Below are positions 32,138 to 41,970 of a DNA stretch of 63,159 nucleotides, piece by piece. How positions within the stretch are numbered: position 1 is the stretch's first letter; each line of letters begins with the position of its first letter. The stretch covers positions 3,188 through 66,346 of the forward strand of contig JAGWGC010000001.1 of the NCBI GenBank assembly GCA_028867615.1, in the 5' to 3' direction. Below the pieces are notes generated by a model that did no database searches, was not told the DNA's origin, and saw only the letters and a list, made by a program, of their open reading frames with translations. Both the position numbers and the translations under genes were made by a program. The stretch is from Nitrososphaerota archaeon. GTDB taxonomy: Archaea > Thermoproteota > Nitrososphaeria > Nitrososphaerales > Nitrosopumilaceae.

Positions 32138-32821
32138 GTGACTGATTTTACAGGCGCTATGGGATACTGCGAGTTCCAGATACCGTTCTTCATTGAGGGA
32201 GTGCGTGCCGAGACTGCTCAAATGTTGAAGGGTACGGAGCACCACGAGGAGGCAGAAAGAATAGAAAAAGAGACAACAGTTCCGGTGCAATTGACAAAAA
32301 CGAAACTAGAAGACAAAAAAACTGATCTTAATTTTATGCGAGAAGACATCCTGACATCCTTTGTGCAAGACTTTGATTTCAAAGAAGGATTGGCAAGATT
32401 GGTGTTGTTTGGAAGGGCCGACAAGGTCGTTCGTCAAAATGAAACTCTTATAGTCTCTGATGACAAGCACGCCTCAAATCCAAAGCGATATGAAACAATG
32501 CCACGCCCTTACATCAGCCAATTGCTCCAAGTGCTCACCTATCTGGACTCTACATATTATCTAGGTGATTCTTTTGGAGGGTGGGCTGGAATTCCACACA
32601 CGCAGAAAATGTATCAGATCAACATTGTGGATACTAGAACTAGGTCAATTTACAAAACATATGAAGAAATTGTAAATGAAAATCATGTGGAATTGCTTTT
32701 CTACCATGCTTCACAATTTACCAAAAAGTGCTTACAGTGGGATGATTTGATACATCATAACAGCAAACCAAAATGCAAAGCATGTGGATTTTTTGAAAGT
32801 TGTTCTAATGCACTAAAATGA
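32138..32821 (+). CDS. Stand-alone Cas4/AddB-like PD-(D/E)xK nuclease with Fe-S cysteines
   Basis: YCE...GTEHH...E...GRAD...DDK...QxxxY...CKAC....C; frame stays open upstream to 32039 so the start is uncertain. Confidence 0.75.
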   Translation: MTDFTGAMGYCEFQIPFFIEGVRAETAQMLKGTEHHEEAERIEKETTVPVQLTKTKLEDKKTDLNFMREDILTSFVQDFDFKEGLARLVLFGRADKVVRQNETLIVSDDKHASNPKRYETMPRPYISQLLQVLTYLDSTYYLGDSFGGWAGIPHTQKMYQINIVDTRTRSIYKTYEEIVNENHVELLFYHASQFTKKCLQWDDLIHHNSKPKCKACGFFESCSNALK

Positions 32822-32931
32822 CAATGCAAAAGCTACATTTTTACAAATACTGGTTTCATTTTCAAACCAACATGAGGTTCAACACTGAATACACCTCAAT
32901 ATTAATAATACATTCACACTATGTTTAAAAC

Positions 32932-33378
32932 ATGCACAAAAAGATTGGAATGATGAAATTTGTGCTATGTCTTGTAGTTTTTCTAGTTTACAATGTGACT
33001 GACTCTGCTTATGCTGATGTGCAAACTACGACTAATGAAACCACGATTTTCATCACAGATTGCGGTACTGGGGGAGCCTGCTTTAGTCCATGCCCAATTA
33101 CAATAGTCAAGGGGGATACCATAAATTGGGTAAATTCTGACAGTTCCATCCACATGATTACAAGTGGTAGTGGTCAAAGTGGATCTGATGGTTGGTTTGC
33201 AAGCTCGTTTATTGCACCACATGGTGTATTTTCATACAAGTTTGACAGGATAGGACCATTTACTTACTTTGATAACTTGCATCCAAGTTCAGCAGGAGTT
33301 GTAATTGTGGGCAAAACAAAAGATTCTGTACAGGATCATCTTCAACAATCATATTTCTCAGACTGGTGCAGTCGTTAA
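32932..33378 (+). CDS. Secreted cupredoxin/plastocyanin-fold protein with altered copper ligands
   Basis: GDTINWVN.D...HMITSG...F...G.F.YFDNLHP. Confidence 0.85.
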   Translation: MHKKIGMMKFVLCLVVFLVYNVTDSAYADVQTTTNETTIFITDCGTGGACFSPCPITIVKGDTINWVNSDSSIHMITSGSGQSGSDGWFASSFIAPHGVFSYKFDRIGPFTYFDNLHPSSAGVVIVGKTKDSVQDHLQQSYFSDWCSR

Positions 33379-34138
33379 ACTATTCCAGTGAAAACGCATG
33401 TGGAATCTTCAATACATGTTGTGACTTGGAAAATTTCTTCAGGTGTATGAAATGCATCGTGCTTTAATCTCAAAACCCTGTAAATTATGGGACCGTGGCC
33501 TGCCTCTACGTCTGTTGTGATGTAAAGTATGTGCTAAGAATCCACATGCATTGTAATTCTCTTTAATTTTTCATATTCGACTAATGCATATTTTTCCCCT
33601 TCAATTTTATCTGAGACCTCATTTCTTGACTTCTATGCATTGATTGCAAGGGCTTTCATGTTTTATGCATACCGGATAACATGTAATTTGAAAAAGTGGT
33701 GTAGATTTTACACACATGGTTTTCCAGAACCTGGAAATAGTCAGGGTGATGAATGACCACTTGGCGCACATATTCACAGATGGTCTTTACCCGTGACTGG
33801 TTTAACAGAGACTTGATGTCTTATAAGATTCACGCATCTTTTCTAAGTTTTAATTAATCTCAAGATATGTTACAAAAAATATGCGAGCATACCATTCAAG
33901 AATGAATCAGTAAATACACTGATTTGAAATTACTGGTAAAATCTAAAATGGTTGACATTTGTTTTCATAAAATGTTTTTCATGACTTTACACTGATAATA
34001 TTTATTCATGATCAGTTCATTTCTCTTTGTTATTTTTTATTTGAACTGCTAGATTTACCTAATAAAGAATTGTGATACTTTGTTCATTAACTTTGTTAGC
34101 GAATGCTATTATAATAATTGGATTATAGTTTGTTAAAA

Positions 34139-34672
34139 ATGAGTCAAATATTTGGAAACGGTACTGATAAGAAAATTTTGATCCTTTCTTTTGCCGCAGC
34201 TGCTGCTACTGTGGTTGCAGGAATTTTACATTTGCGGATGGTGCCAGGATCGTTGTCCCATAATTTGGATCAAGGAATTTTATTTCTAGTTGGAGGAGCA
34301 CTGCAAATCTTTTGGGCAGTTCCAGTCATAAAACGATGGGGAAGAATATGGCAAGTAATTGGGATTGTGGGGACGGCAGTCTTTTTTGTTTTATGGTTCA
34401 CAGATAGACTCCATCTTATGCCCGAAGGTAATGAAATGCATGGGGGCGGACCGTCAGGCCATGTCTACCAAGGTAATTTTTCACAAGGAAATGTACCAGA
34501 AGGTGGATTTCATAGGGGGAATACTCACGGGTCTCTGGGAATAGGTCTGATTCTCACGCAACCAATTGAGATATGTCAGATTGCATTCATTGGATTGTAT
34601 GCCGTGCTAAGTAAGATGATGTCAAAACAGAAAAAGGCAGACAATGAACAGCCTAAAGTTCCTATGGGATAA
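34139..34672 (+). CDS. Hypothetical membrane protein with His/Gly-rich loop
   Basis: Four TMs; AGILH motif; loop HGGGPSGH...GGFHRGNTHG. Confidence 0.7.
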   Translation: MSQIFGNGTDKKILILSFAAAAATVVAGILHLRMVPGSLSHNLDQGILFLVGGALQIFWAVPVIKRWGRIWQVIGIVGTAVFFVLWFTDRLHLMPEGNEMHGGGPSGHVYQGNFSQGNVPEGGFHRGNTHGSLGIGLILTQPIEICQIAFIGLYAVLSKMMSKQKKADNEQPKVPMG

Positions 34673-34729
34673 TAAAAGACATCGTTTCAGAACCTCTTGG
34701 TTTTTGTAAAATATGTCATATGGTAGAAT

Positions 34730-35001
34730 GTGATAGTGAATTTGCCAGGAGTCATTAAAGAAGAAGCTAAACTCAGTGTCTCAGACAATTATGTGGAAAT
34801 ATCTACAGAACATGGAGAAGAAAAGAGCAAAACTATATCCGAAAAGAACGATGAGCCTTTCCTTATCACTGAAATTTACTCATGCTAGAAAAAGTGGATT
34901 CTGTGAAATCTAATGCAAAACTAAACAATGGAATTTTATCAGTGGAAATTCCAAAAATAACTGCAACTCAGAAACCTAACCGCGGAGATATTACCATCTG
35001 A
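34730..35001 (+). pseudogene. Hsp20/alpha-crystallin pseudogene
   Basis: VNLPGV.KEE..LSVSDNYVEISTEH...EEKSK, then a frameshift to NYIRKER*...*...AKLNNGILSVEIPK; matches intact Hsp20 at 58636. Confidence 0.8.
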
Positions 35002-35229
35002 TAATTTTTGTCATCTAATTACAAAAATGTCGCGATAACAATAGTCATTTTATGAGTGCACATGATTGGTTTATGTCATCAGAGATTTTAGGGATAGTTG
35101 CTACAAGATTTTTGTGTGATAGTAATGCCCTTTAGATATTTTCTGGTGGTACACCATTTTTAGGATATTTTTTCATTTTATACATCTTCACCAAATTCCA
35201 CATCTACCCTGATGTCAAATTTTCCTGTC

Positions 35230-35661
35230 TTATTTTACTATAAGTACTGGAATCTTGGAGTCATGAAGTACACCATTAGCCACACTGCCAAGATATTCTT
35301 TACGTGGATTTCCCTCACCTCGCGAGCCCATCACTATGATATCAGATTTGCTTGATTTTGCATAACCAGCTATTGTCTTAACTAGATCACCTGATACTAC
35401 AACTTTTTCATTGAATACAATTCCATGTCTTGCGGTACTTGTTTTTGCATGAGACATTATCTTTTTAGCATTCTTCATCAACACAATCCTGTATGATTTC
35501 AATATTTGCGCTACTTTTGGGGAGAAGTTTGGTATGACATAGATGCCAGTTATGGCGGCATTACTCTGTCTTGCTAGTGAGATTGCCTCATTTAATCCTC
35601 GAATAGAATTCAGTGATCCGTCAAGTGGCACAAGAATCCTCTGGAATCTGTTTTGTAACAT
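35230..35661 (-). CDS. Universal stress protein
   Basis: ILVPLDGSLNS; MGSRG...LGSVA...PVLIVK. Confidence 0.95.
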   Translation of the reverse strand: MLQNRFQRILVPLDGSLNSIRGLNEAISLARQSNAAITGIYVIPNFSPKVAQILKSYRIVLMKNAKKIMSHAKTSTARHGIVFNEKVVVSGDLVKTIAGYAKSSKSDIIVMGSRGEGNPRKEYLGSVANGVLHDSKIPVLIVK

Positions 35662-35703
35662 GTTTTATTATTTGGGTCCTAGTTGATTTAAACTCAAAGT
35701 ACA

Positions 35704-35721
35704 ATTTCTAATCTTGATAAT
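35704..35721. promoter_or_regulatory. Palindromic motif copy (ATTTCTA-atct-TGATAAT) upstream of USP
   Basis: Minus-strand TTTAAATC about 11 nt away. Confidence 0.5.
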
Positions 35722-35799
35722 CCGCATAAAAAAAGATCTATTTTTCAACAGACATTCATGCTAATTTTGTTCACCCCTTAAGATATTAGGCAAGTGCAG

Positions 35800-35817
35800 A
35801 TTATCAAAAATGATATT
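35800..35817. promoter_or_regulatory. Palindromic motif copy (ATTATCA-aaaa-TGATATT) upstream of CBS gene
   Basis: One mismatch to consensus; TATTTATC starts at 35829. Confidence 0.65.
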
Positions 35818-35858
35818 CTTCGTTGATATATTTATCGTGAAAAGATCAAAACTGGATA

Positions 35859-36719
35859 ATGCTGTTTGAACACCCTGTCCTACTAACCTCTATTCTGAAA
35901 AAAGCAATTACAGTAACTCCAAATACAAGTGTGATTGCCGCACTAGACCTTTTACTACGATATAGAATAAAGCGCCTAGTAGTGATGAAAAACAACAAAC
36001 CTGCAGGCATCATAACAGAAAAAGATCTTACAAGATCCACATCCGCATTTAGTGGACGCGCCATTGGAGACATGATAGTAGGTGACTTTATGTCAGAGAA
36101 TCTAATAACAGTAAAGAAAAACAATTCTATTTATGATTGTGCCAAATTAATGAAAAAGAACAGCATCAGCTCAATCGTAGTGCTAAATGAAGATGACTCC
36201 CTTACTGGAATTATCACTAAAACTGACCTTGTTGGAGCATTTTTGATCAATGGTGCAACAGACAAGAAAGTGTTGGAATACACGAAACGTAAAATAATTA
36301 CGGTAGATCCTAAAGAGTCACTTTTCGTAGTTCAAAGTGTACTTGTCAACAACAAAATCTCGAGGGTCATAGTAGGGAAAAATAAAATACCTGTTGGAAT
36401 TATCACATATCGGGACTTTCTCCCTGCTAAAACAGCTAATTGGATACAAGAGTATGCTGAGATAGACGATCTAGAAGAGTTGAAAAATCATCCAAGATTA
36501 AATGAATTTAATGCAAATAGTCTTGATCATGCCCTTACATTTAGAGCAGAAGACATCATGACTCCAAATCCTATTGTAGTAAACAAAAATGAATCCATCT
36601 TCAAAGCAGCATTACTAATGATTCGTCATCAAATAAGTGGATTACCTGTAACCCATGACAAACTATTGACAGGAATTATTACAAAATCCGATATTGTGAA
36701 TGCCATATCAAAAGATTAG
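35859..36719 (+). CDS. CBS domain protein (4 CBS)
   Basis: GIITEKDL, GIITKTDL, GIITYRDF and GIITKSDI repeats. Confidence 0.93.
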   Translation: MLFEHPVLLTSILKKAITVTPNTSVIAALDLLLRYRIKRLVVMKNNKPAGIITEKDLTRSTSAFSGRAIGDMIVGDFMSENLITVKKNNSIYDCAKLMKKNSISSIVVLNEDDSLTGIITKTDLVGAFLINGATDKKVLEYTKRKIITVDPKESLFVVQSVLVNNKISRVIVGKNKIPVGIITYRDFLPAKTANWIQEYAEIDDLEELKNHPRLNEFNANSLDHALTFRAEDIMTPNPIVVNKNESIFKAALLMIRHQISGLPVTHDKLLTGIITKSDIVNAISKD

Positions 36720-37103
36720 AAAATCCAGAACAATCAAAAACAATGATTTTGGTTTAAAAAAATTCCGCAAAATGCATGCGCCATATGTAATGCACTAAGA
36801 AGATACTCGAGAAGAAAAACAAGCATGTGTGATCAATTCAGCTATGTGAGACACCAATTGTTTGTCTTTTGACATTTATCCAATGATAAATTGTATGATC
36901 TTAAGTTTTACGACCCTAATACAATCCCGCGAATAAACCTAGACGAACCATTTTTACCGGTTGTCCACACTCGTTTGAAGAGAAATGGAATGTAACGGGA
37001 ACAAAAATACGCCGCAGTGTATTTGGCTCACCCCATCTGGAAATTGGAACTATTTTAGATGCTCAATTATTAACGCCATCAAAATTACCTGATTAATTTG
37101 TGT

Positions 37104-38129
37104 TTACTTGAACCACTGTTCTAGGTTGTGACTTTTTTTATCTAGCGCTTTTTTGAGCCTGTTCAATGAAGTATCCACGCGGTCAAGTGAAAAGCTTCTC
37201 TCCTTTGTCAGGTAATTTACAACTCCGGAATAATCAACGTTGCCAAACTTTATCTCAGACACATCAGCAACCTGCGGATTCAAGAAAATATCGCGTATCT
37301 GTTTGTAGTCGATCTCTTCGAGCTTTTCCTGAATCTGTAATACATTCTCAAGGGAACCGTTGTCCTTTATCATCTTCAATGCAGTCTTGGGACCAATCCT
37401 CTCAAACCCGTCAGGATTAAAGTCAGTGCCAATCAGGATGCCAATATCTACGAGCTGCTCTCGTGTCACACCCAATGATGACAGTGTCTTGTCAAGATGA
37501 ATAATTTCAGGCTCTATCTCAATAGTAGTATTTCTGTTTGGCAGTTTTCGCTTGCCACTATTTGTAAAATTTCTGACAAGTTTTTTTGCGCCAAACAACA
37601 ACGAATCAAAGTCCTGACTTGCAGATGCATATGCTTGTCCAGATATTGTCATCTGTGCAGCAGTTGCCTCACCCTCTGACGGTGCCTGTATCCATGGTAT
37701 GCCAAACAAGTCCAGAAATTTTTTTGACTCGTCTACCATGTCGTCACGCAAAACAGATGTCTGCTGGGCAAACTTTTTTGCCTCGGCATAATTTCCCTCG
37801 CTTATTGCTTTCTCGTATTTTATAGTGGCATCTTTTTTTACCTGCTTTCTTCTCTGAATTTCTGCAGACTTTAACGACGGGGGCCTACCATCAAAGACAT
37901 AAACAGGCTTTATACCAAGTGACAAAAAGTTGATGTTCCTGTAAAAAAGCCCACTGATGTGACTTGTTATCTTTCCGTTATAATCAGTTAATGGAAGGCC
38001 GTCAGGTCCGCGAATTATGGATAGAAACTGGTATATTGCATTGTATGCATCTATTGCAACAATTTTTGATGTAAACGATTCTAGGTTTGTCCTGTCCCTC
38101 ACACAAAGCTGTTTTAGATCTAGGCCCAT
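37104..38129 (-). CDS. fen: Flap endonuclease 1
   Basis: IDAYN..YQFL, VFDG, APSEGEA, SQDFD, GTDFN and GPKTA motifs; C-terminal PIP-like LEQWF. Confidence 0.97.
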   Translation of the reverse strand: MGLDLKQLCVRDRTNLESFTSKIVAIDAYNAIYQFLSIIRGPDGLPLTDYNGKITSHISGLFYRNINFLSLGIKPVYVFDGRPPSLKSAEIQRRKQVKKDATIKYEKAISEGNYAEAKKFAQQTSVLRDDMVDESKKFLDLFGIPWIQAPSEGEATAAQMTISGQAYASASQDFDSLLFGAKKLVRNFTNSGKRKLPNRNTTIEIEPEIIHLDKTLSSLGVTREQLVDIGILIGTDFNPDGFERIGPKTALKMIKDNGSLENVLQIQEKLEEIDYKQIRDIFLNPQVADVSEIKFGNVDYSGVVNYLTKERSFSLDRVDTSLNRLKKALDKKSHNLEQWFK

Positions 38130-38160
38130 CTCTTGATGTTTACGTTGTTTTCAAGTATTC

Positions 38161-38340
38161 TTATTTCTTTTTTAGAAAAGACTTGTCCCAACCCTTTTCG
38201 ATAATTTCCTCGTAAATGTTTGATAGTTTCGGTATTGCCTCTCCTCTTTCTGCCGCATTTTTTACCTTTTCCCTGTAATACAGTTCTATTGCCTTTGCAG
38301 TATTGTCGTCAATTGTTATGGAAATTCTAGTCTTTGCCAA
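38161..38340 (-). CDS. Small ribbon-helix-helix-like protein (59 aa, absent from ORF track)
   Basis: TTG start; MAKTRISITIDDNTAKAIELYY...LSNIYEEIIEKGW. Confidence 0.7.
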   Translation of the reverse strand: MAKTRISITIDDNTAKAIELYYREKVKNAAERGEAIPKLSNIYEEIIEKGWDKSFLKKK

Positions 38341-38389
38341 TTAGTATCACTGTATCATGGGGCCAATATCAATAATAAATTATCTATTA

Positions 38390-38569
38390 TCAATTTTTTT
38401 CTGTTTGTGGTATGATGATGAATCCTTCTTTTGTCGGAATCATCCTGACAGGCATGTCCTCTGGGAGGCCAATTTGGGCCAAGAGCGAGGATATGGTAAG
38501 ATCATCTGAGACTGCATGCTTTTTGCCTGCATATTCTATTGAGACTGTTTTTTTTATTACCGTCTCCAT
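38390..38569 (-). CDS. Small hypothetical protein (59 aa, absent from ORF track)
   Basis: METVIKKTVSIEYAGKKHAVSDDLTISSLLAQIGLPEDMPVRMIPTKEGFIIIPQTEKN; co-oriented with neighbours. Confidence 0.6.
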   Translation of the reverse strand: METVIKKTVSIEYAGKKHAVSDDLTISSLLAQIGLPEDMPVRMIPTKEGFIIIPQTEKN

Positions 38570-38677
38570 TATTTAGATAATAAATTATCTACTTTATATC
38601 CTTTATTATATACTTGATCTACTGATCAGTTTCATTGCCATGTTATTTATGTGCCAAAATCAAACTTTCTGACAAGT

Positions 38678-38773
38678 GCCAGGTTAGCCAAGTGGAACGG
38701 CGACCGCCTCGAGATCAAAAACAAGGCAGCGGTTATGCGCAAGCATGCAGGGGTTCGAATCCCTTACCTGGCG
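38678..38773 (+). tRNA. tRNA-Ser(CGA) with 14-nt intron at 37/38 (38714-38727)
   Basis: Acceptor GCCAGGT/ACCTGGC plus G73; anticodon stem ACCGC/GCGGT; long variable arm; GGTTCGAATCC T-arm. Confidence 0.9.
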
Positions 38774-38899
38774 CTTTCTAGTCACTAAAACCCTGTTTTA
38801 ATATCCAAGTCTTTTAATGCCGGTAGGTATACTTGGTAATCGTAGAGTGGTGTGAGTTGGCACATCTCTGGAATTTATGCCAGGGAAAGACTGGATTAA

Positions 38900-39133
38900 C
38901 TAACCAGCTCTTACAGGAGTGTTGATCTTTTCAATTGTTTTTTGTATAATATTTTTAAGATTATCATACGTCATACTTTCCACGTTTCTGCCAAGGCTTG
39001 CCTCAATCTGGCAAGTCAATTCTTTTTTGATGTTGTTGAAAATAGTTTGTTGCAAGCCATAATCTATTATTCCTGATTCCTTGACTGTTTGTGCAAAGAC
39101 TTGTTCAATTACATCCCATGCAATTTCTTCCAT
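38900..39133 (-). CDS. Hypothetical protein
   Basis: ATG start, helical amphipathic pattern, follows Lrp-like gene. Confidence 0.6.
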   Translation of the reverse strand: MEEIAWDVIEQVFAQTVKESGIIDYGLQQTIFNNIKKELTCQIEASLGRNVESMTYDNLKNIIQKTIEKINTPVRAG

Positions 39134-39149
39134 GATTATGATCCTCTAT

Positions 39150-39422
39150 CTATACCGCATAAACTGATGTCAAATTCATGACAGAATGGACTACGACCAT
39201 GTCCTGTACTTGATCATGAATCAACTCTTGAAGTTCAGGTTCAGTCATGTTCTCAAGTTTGACAAGTATGTCATACTTGCCATATGTCCTGTGAATCTCC
39301 TTGACTGTCTTGAGTGTCTGGAGTTTTTCTATCACTAGATCTACTTTTCCAGGCTCACAGATGATAAATGAAAATGATGGACTGGATTTATCATCAAAAT
39401 ATTTTGCAGTTTGTTGAATCAT
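39150..39422 (-). CDS. Lrp/AsnC ligand-binding (RAM) domain protein
   Basis: CEPGK...V.EIHRTYGKYDILVKL. Confidence 0.85.
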   Translation of the reverse strand: MIQQTAKYFDDKSSPSFSFIICEPGKVDLVIEKLQTLKTVKEIHRTYGKYDILVKLENMTEPELQELIHDQVQDMVVVHSVMNLTSVYAV

Positions 39423-39876
39423 GCACTAATGCCTCTGTTGATATTGTGCCCTCATCTCTAATAAAGCGGCGTAATGTGTCATTTACAGCTACAAAATGGT
39501 TTGTGCTGTCCTACTTTGGTTGTGTTTCCCTAAATGATACTATGACATATACAAGACAAGTGAATGAAATAGGCGAAAATCAGAATAGTTACAAGATGGG
39601 AAAACAGATGCTGGGAAAACTTATTCTCACCTTTGATTATGCACCTGGAACAAAAAAATAACAAGTCTGGAAAAAACAAGTACGTGATCTTTTAGGAAAG
39701 TCGTTGTTTTTGACCTCTTGTTTTTGGCCTTTGGTGTAATGATTGGAGTCAGAATCATCACATAGTTCTAAAATAGAACCTTCGCCTCTTGTTGAAAAAA
39801 TCATTGTCATTCCATGAAAAAACATCTGACATACCACCGTTCTTATTGGTTGGTCGATATACTGATGTGATAAAAA

Positions 39877-40839
39877 ATGGTTTTACTTGAATCAAACTTG
39901 GGTATGAAATGTAACCGTTGTGGAAAATATTCTATGACATCTGACGATGTAACAGGGGAGAAATTTTGTAGGGGGTGCGGCTCTGTCGTACTTGAACGCA
40001 TTGAAGACTCGAGAGCAGAGTGGCGCTTGTCTTTAAAAGATGAACATGATGATAGGACAAGGACGGGCTCTCCAACTTCGCTTGCTATGCATGACATGGG
40101 CCTTGCCACCATAATTGGCCGCCAAAATAAAGACTCGTCTGGAAAACCACTGTCTTCGCTAATGAAGAGTACGATAACTCGTCTACGAGTATGGGATAGT
40201 AGAAGTCAAATGCATGAATCTACTAGCAGGAATCTCACAGAGGCGTTTGGTGAACTAAAAAGGTTAGCAGACAAGCTTGCACTGCCAGATGCAGTTGTAG
40301 AAAAAACCGCATATATTTACAGAAAAGCGTTGGAAAAACATCTTGTAAAGGGAAGATCAATTCCAGTACTTCTTGCAGCAGCATTACACATTGCCTGTAG
40401 GGATAGTGGGACACCGAGGACATTACGTGAAATTGCAGATCAAAACAATGTGAAAATCAAGTATGCATCAAAATGCTATAGGCTACTTTTACAGGAACTT
40501 GATTTGCGAATGCCTGTTGTAAATCCAGTACAGTGTATCTCCAGAATCGCAAGCAAGGTGGGTCTGAAAGAAAAAACAAAACGTGGCGCTATTGCAATTC
40601 TTGAAGATGCAGTCAGTAAAGACATCACATCGGGAAAAAATCCAATGGCGCTTGCTGCAGCCGCATTGTATCTTTCATGTGTAATAAATGGGGACCAAGT
40701 ATCCCAAAAAGTGATTGCACTTGCAGCAGGAGTGACCGAAGTGACTATACGAAACAGGTACAAAGGGCTGGGAAAAACACTCAACTTGGATTTGAGTGGA
40801 CCGTATAATCATAGCATTATGCCTGATTATGTAAAATAA
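39877..40839 (+). CDS. tfb: Transcription initiation factor IIB paralogue
   Basis: Zn ribbon CNRC...CRGCG, EWR, HDMGL, two cyclin repeats, GVTEVTIRNRY. Confidence 0.96.
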   Translation: MVLLESNLGMKCNRCGKYSMTSDDVTGEKFCRGCGSVVLERIEDSRAEWRLSLKDEHDDRTRTGSPTSLAMHDMGLATIIGRQNKDSSGKPLSSLMKSTITRLRVWDSRSQMHESTSRNLTEAFGELKRLADKLALPDAVVEKTAYIYRKALEKHLVKGRSIPVLLAAALHIACRDSGTPRTLREIADQNNVKIKYASKCYRLLLQELDLRMPVVNPVQCISRIASKVGLKEKTKRGAIAILEDAVSKDITSGKNPMALAAAALYLSCVINGDQVSQKVIALAAGVTEVTIRNRYKGLGKTLNLDLSGPYNHSIMPDYVK

Positions 40840-40970
40840 ATAACCAAAATCATTGATTTTCATTAAATCATCTAAACCCTTTTTGTCATTGACTTCTATG
40901 AGCCATCATGAAATCATGTTTTGATAAATATTTCCTTAAGTAAGATAAGAGCATGTAATTATCAAGTATC

Positions 40971-41084
40971 ATGTCAACAACTGGATCATGTAAAAAGTGC
41001 GGATATCAAGCAAAACCCAGAAAAGACTATCATGCTGGAATGGATGCCATTACTTGTCCAAAATGCAGCACTGAATTATCTTGA
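40971..41084 (+). CDS. 37-aa zinc-ribbon microprotein (absent from ORF track)
   Basis: MSTTGSCKKCGYQAKPRKDYHAGMDAITCPKCSTELS: two CxxC knuckles. Confidence 0.6.
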   Translation: MSTTGSCKKCGYQAKPRKDYHAGMDAITCPKCSTELS

Positions 41085-41146
41085 AGACTTGATATGGTGT
41101 TTACATCTGCACACGAATCTAAAGTTATCATAAGTAGTATCATGAT

Positions 41147-41329
41147 ATGCAAGTATTGAATCTAAAAATGATCAAGAAATTTTTTAAAACCGGGTGGAAC
41201 TCAAAAGGTGCCGAATCTAAAGAAGAACACAAGGCAGAACAGGAAGAAATGAACGAAGAAACTCATGAACTAGAACAAGTCAAACAAGATGAACAAGAAG
41301 AGATTCGAGAAACAGAAGATGAAGAATAA
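41147..41329 (+). CDS. Small highly acidic protein
   Basis: Glu-rich C-terminal half; start may be ATG at 41168. Confidence 0.5.
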   Translation: MQVLNLKMIKKFFKTGWNSKGAESKEEHKAEQEEMNEETHELEQVKQDEQEEIRETEDEE

Positions 41330-41513
41330 TTTTGATCTGGTACAATCACTACCTCACTTGAGGTGCTGACGTTTCATGGATGGGGACAATTCTTGGAGAC
41401 AAGGCATGTGTTCTGATTGTAAGAGGGTACATTGTAAACAGGGATCCAACTGTGATTGCCACTGGGATAAAAATAGATAGATTTGAGATGTCATTTTGTA
41501 ACTATGATATCTG

Positions 41514-41729
41514 GTGGAAAAAATACGAGTCAAGTCTGGTACCATGCGAACTATCAGCTATGATGAATCAGGACAAATACTGGAAATAGACTTTCAGCAT
41601 GGTGGAACTTATCGGTATTTTGGGGTGCCAAAGCAAATCTATGACAAGCTGGTAAAGTCCGAATCGTCTTATGGGGAATACCATGACCGGTACATCAAGA
41701 ACAGGTATAGGCATGAGAAAATTGCATGA
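41514..41729 (+). CDS. KTSC domain protein
   Basis: VKS..MRTISYD...LEIDF..G.TYRYFGVP..IY..L...S.YGEY...YIK. Confidence 0.9.
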   Translation: MEKIRVKSGTMRTISYDESGQILEIDFQHGGTYRYFGVPKQIYDKLVKSESSYGEYHDRYIKNRYRHEKIA

Positions 41730-41970
41730 ATGACTTGGATTCCGGTACGCGCAGAACTGAGAATGAAACTCTAATTACATCATCTGGTTAGTCTGTCACC
41801 TAAATTAGAATGAATCCGACAGCGCTTGCAAAAACTTCTGCAGATTCAAATCTTGGAATTCACTAATAAAATGCAAATATGTGTAATGCTTGTTTTCAAG
41901 TTGCAATTATGGCATTTATGAAAACTCCTATATGGTATGATGTAATAATTATGTCCTAATTGGAGAGAAT

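Noticed and set aside
32138-32821. CRISPR-Cas locus around the Cas4-like gene
   Set aside because: No cas1/cas2, effector genes or repeat-spacer array seen in the window.
33375-33659. Minus-strand 95-codon frame (MKALAINA*KSRNE...) with two in-frame TAG codons, suggesting amber read-through
   Set aside because: No recognisable family and no pyrrolysine machinery in view; more likely a decayed gene or chance.
36720-37100. Possible gene fragments between the CBS gene and fen
   Set aside because: Short open frames with no recognisable motif.
40911-40928. Operator copy upstream of the Zn-ribbon microprotein
   Set aside because: Half-sites are spaced by 5 nt rather than 4 and the TATA position is ambiguous.
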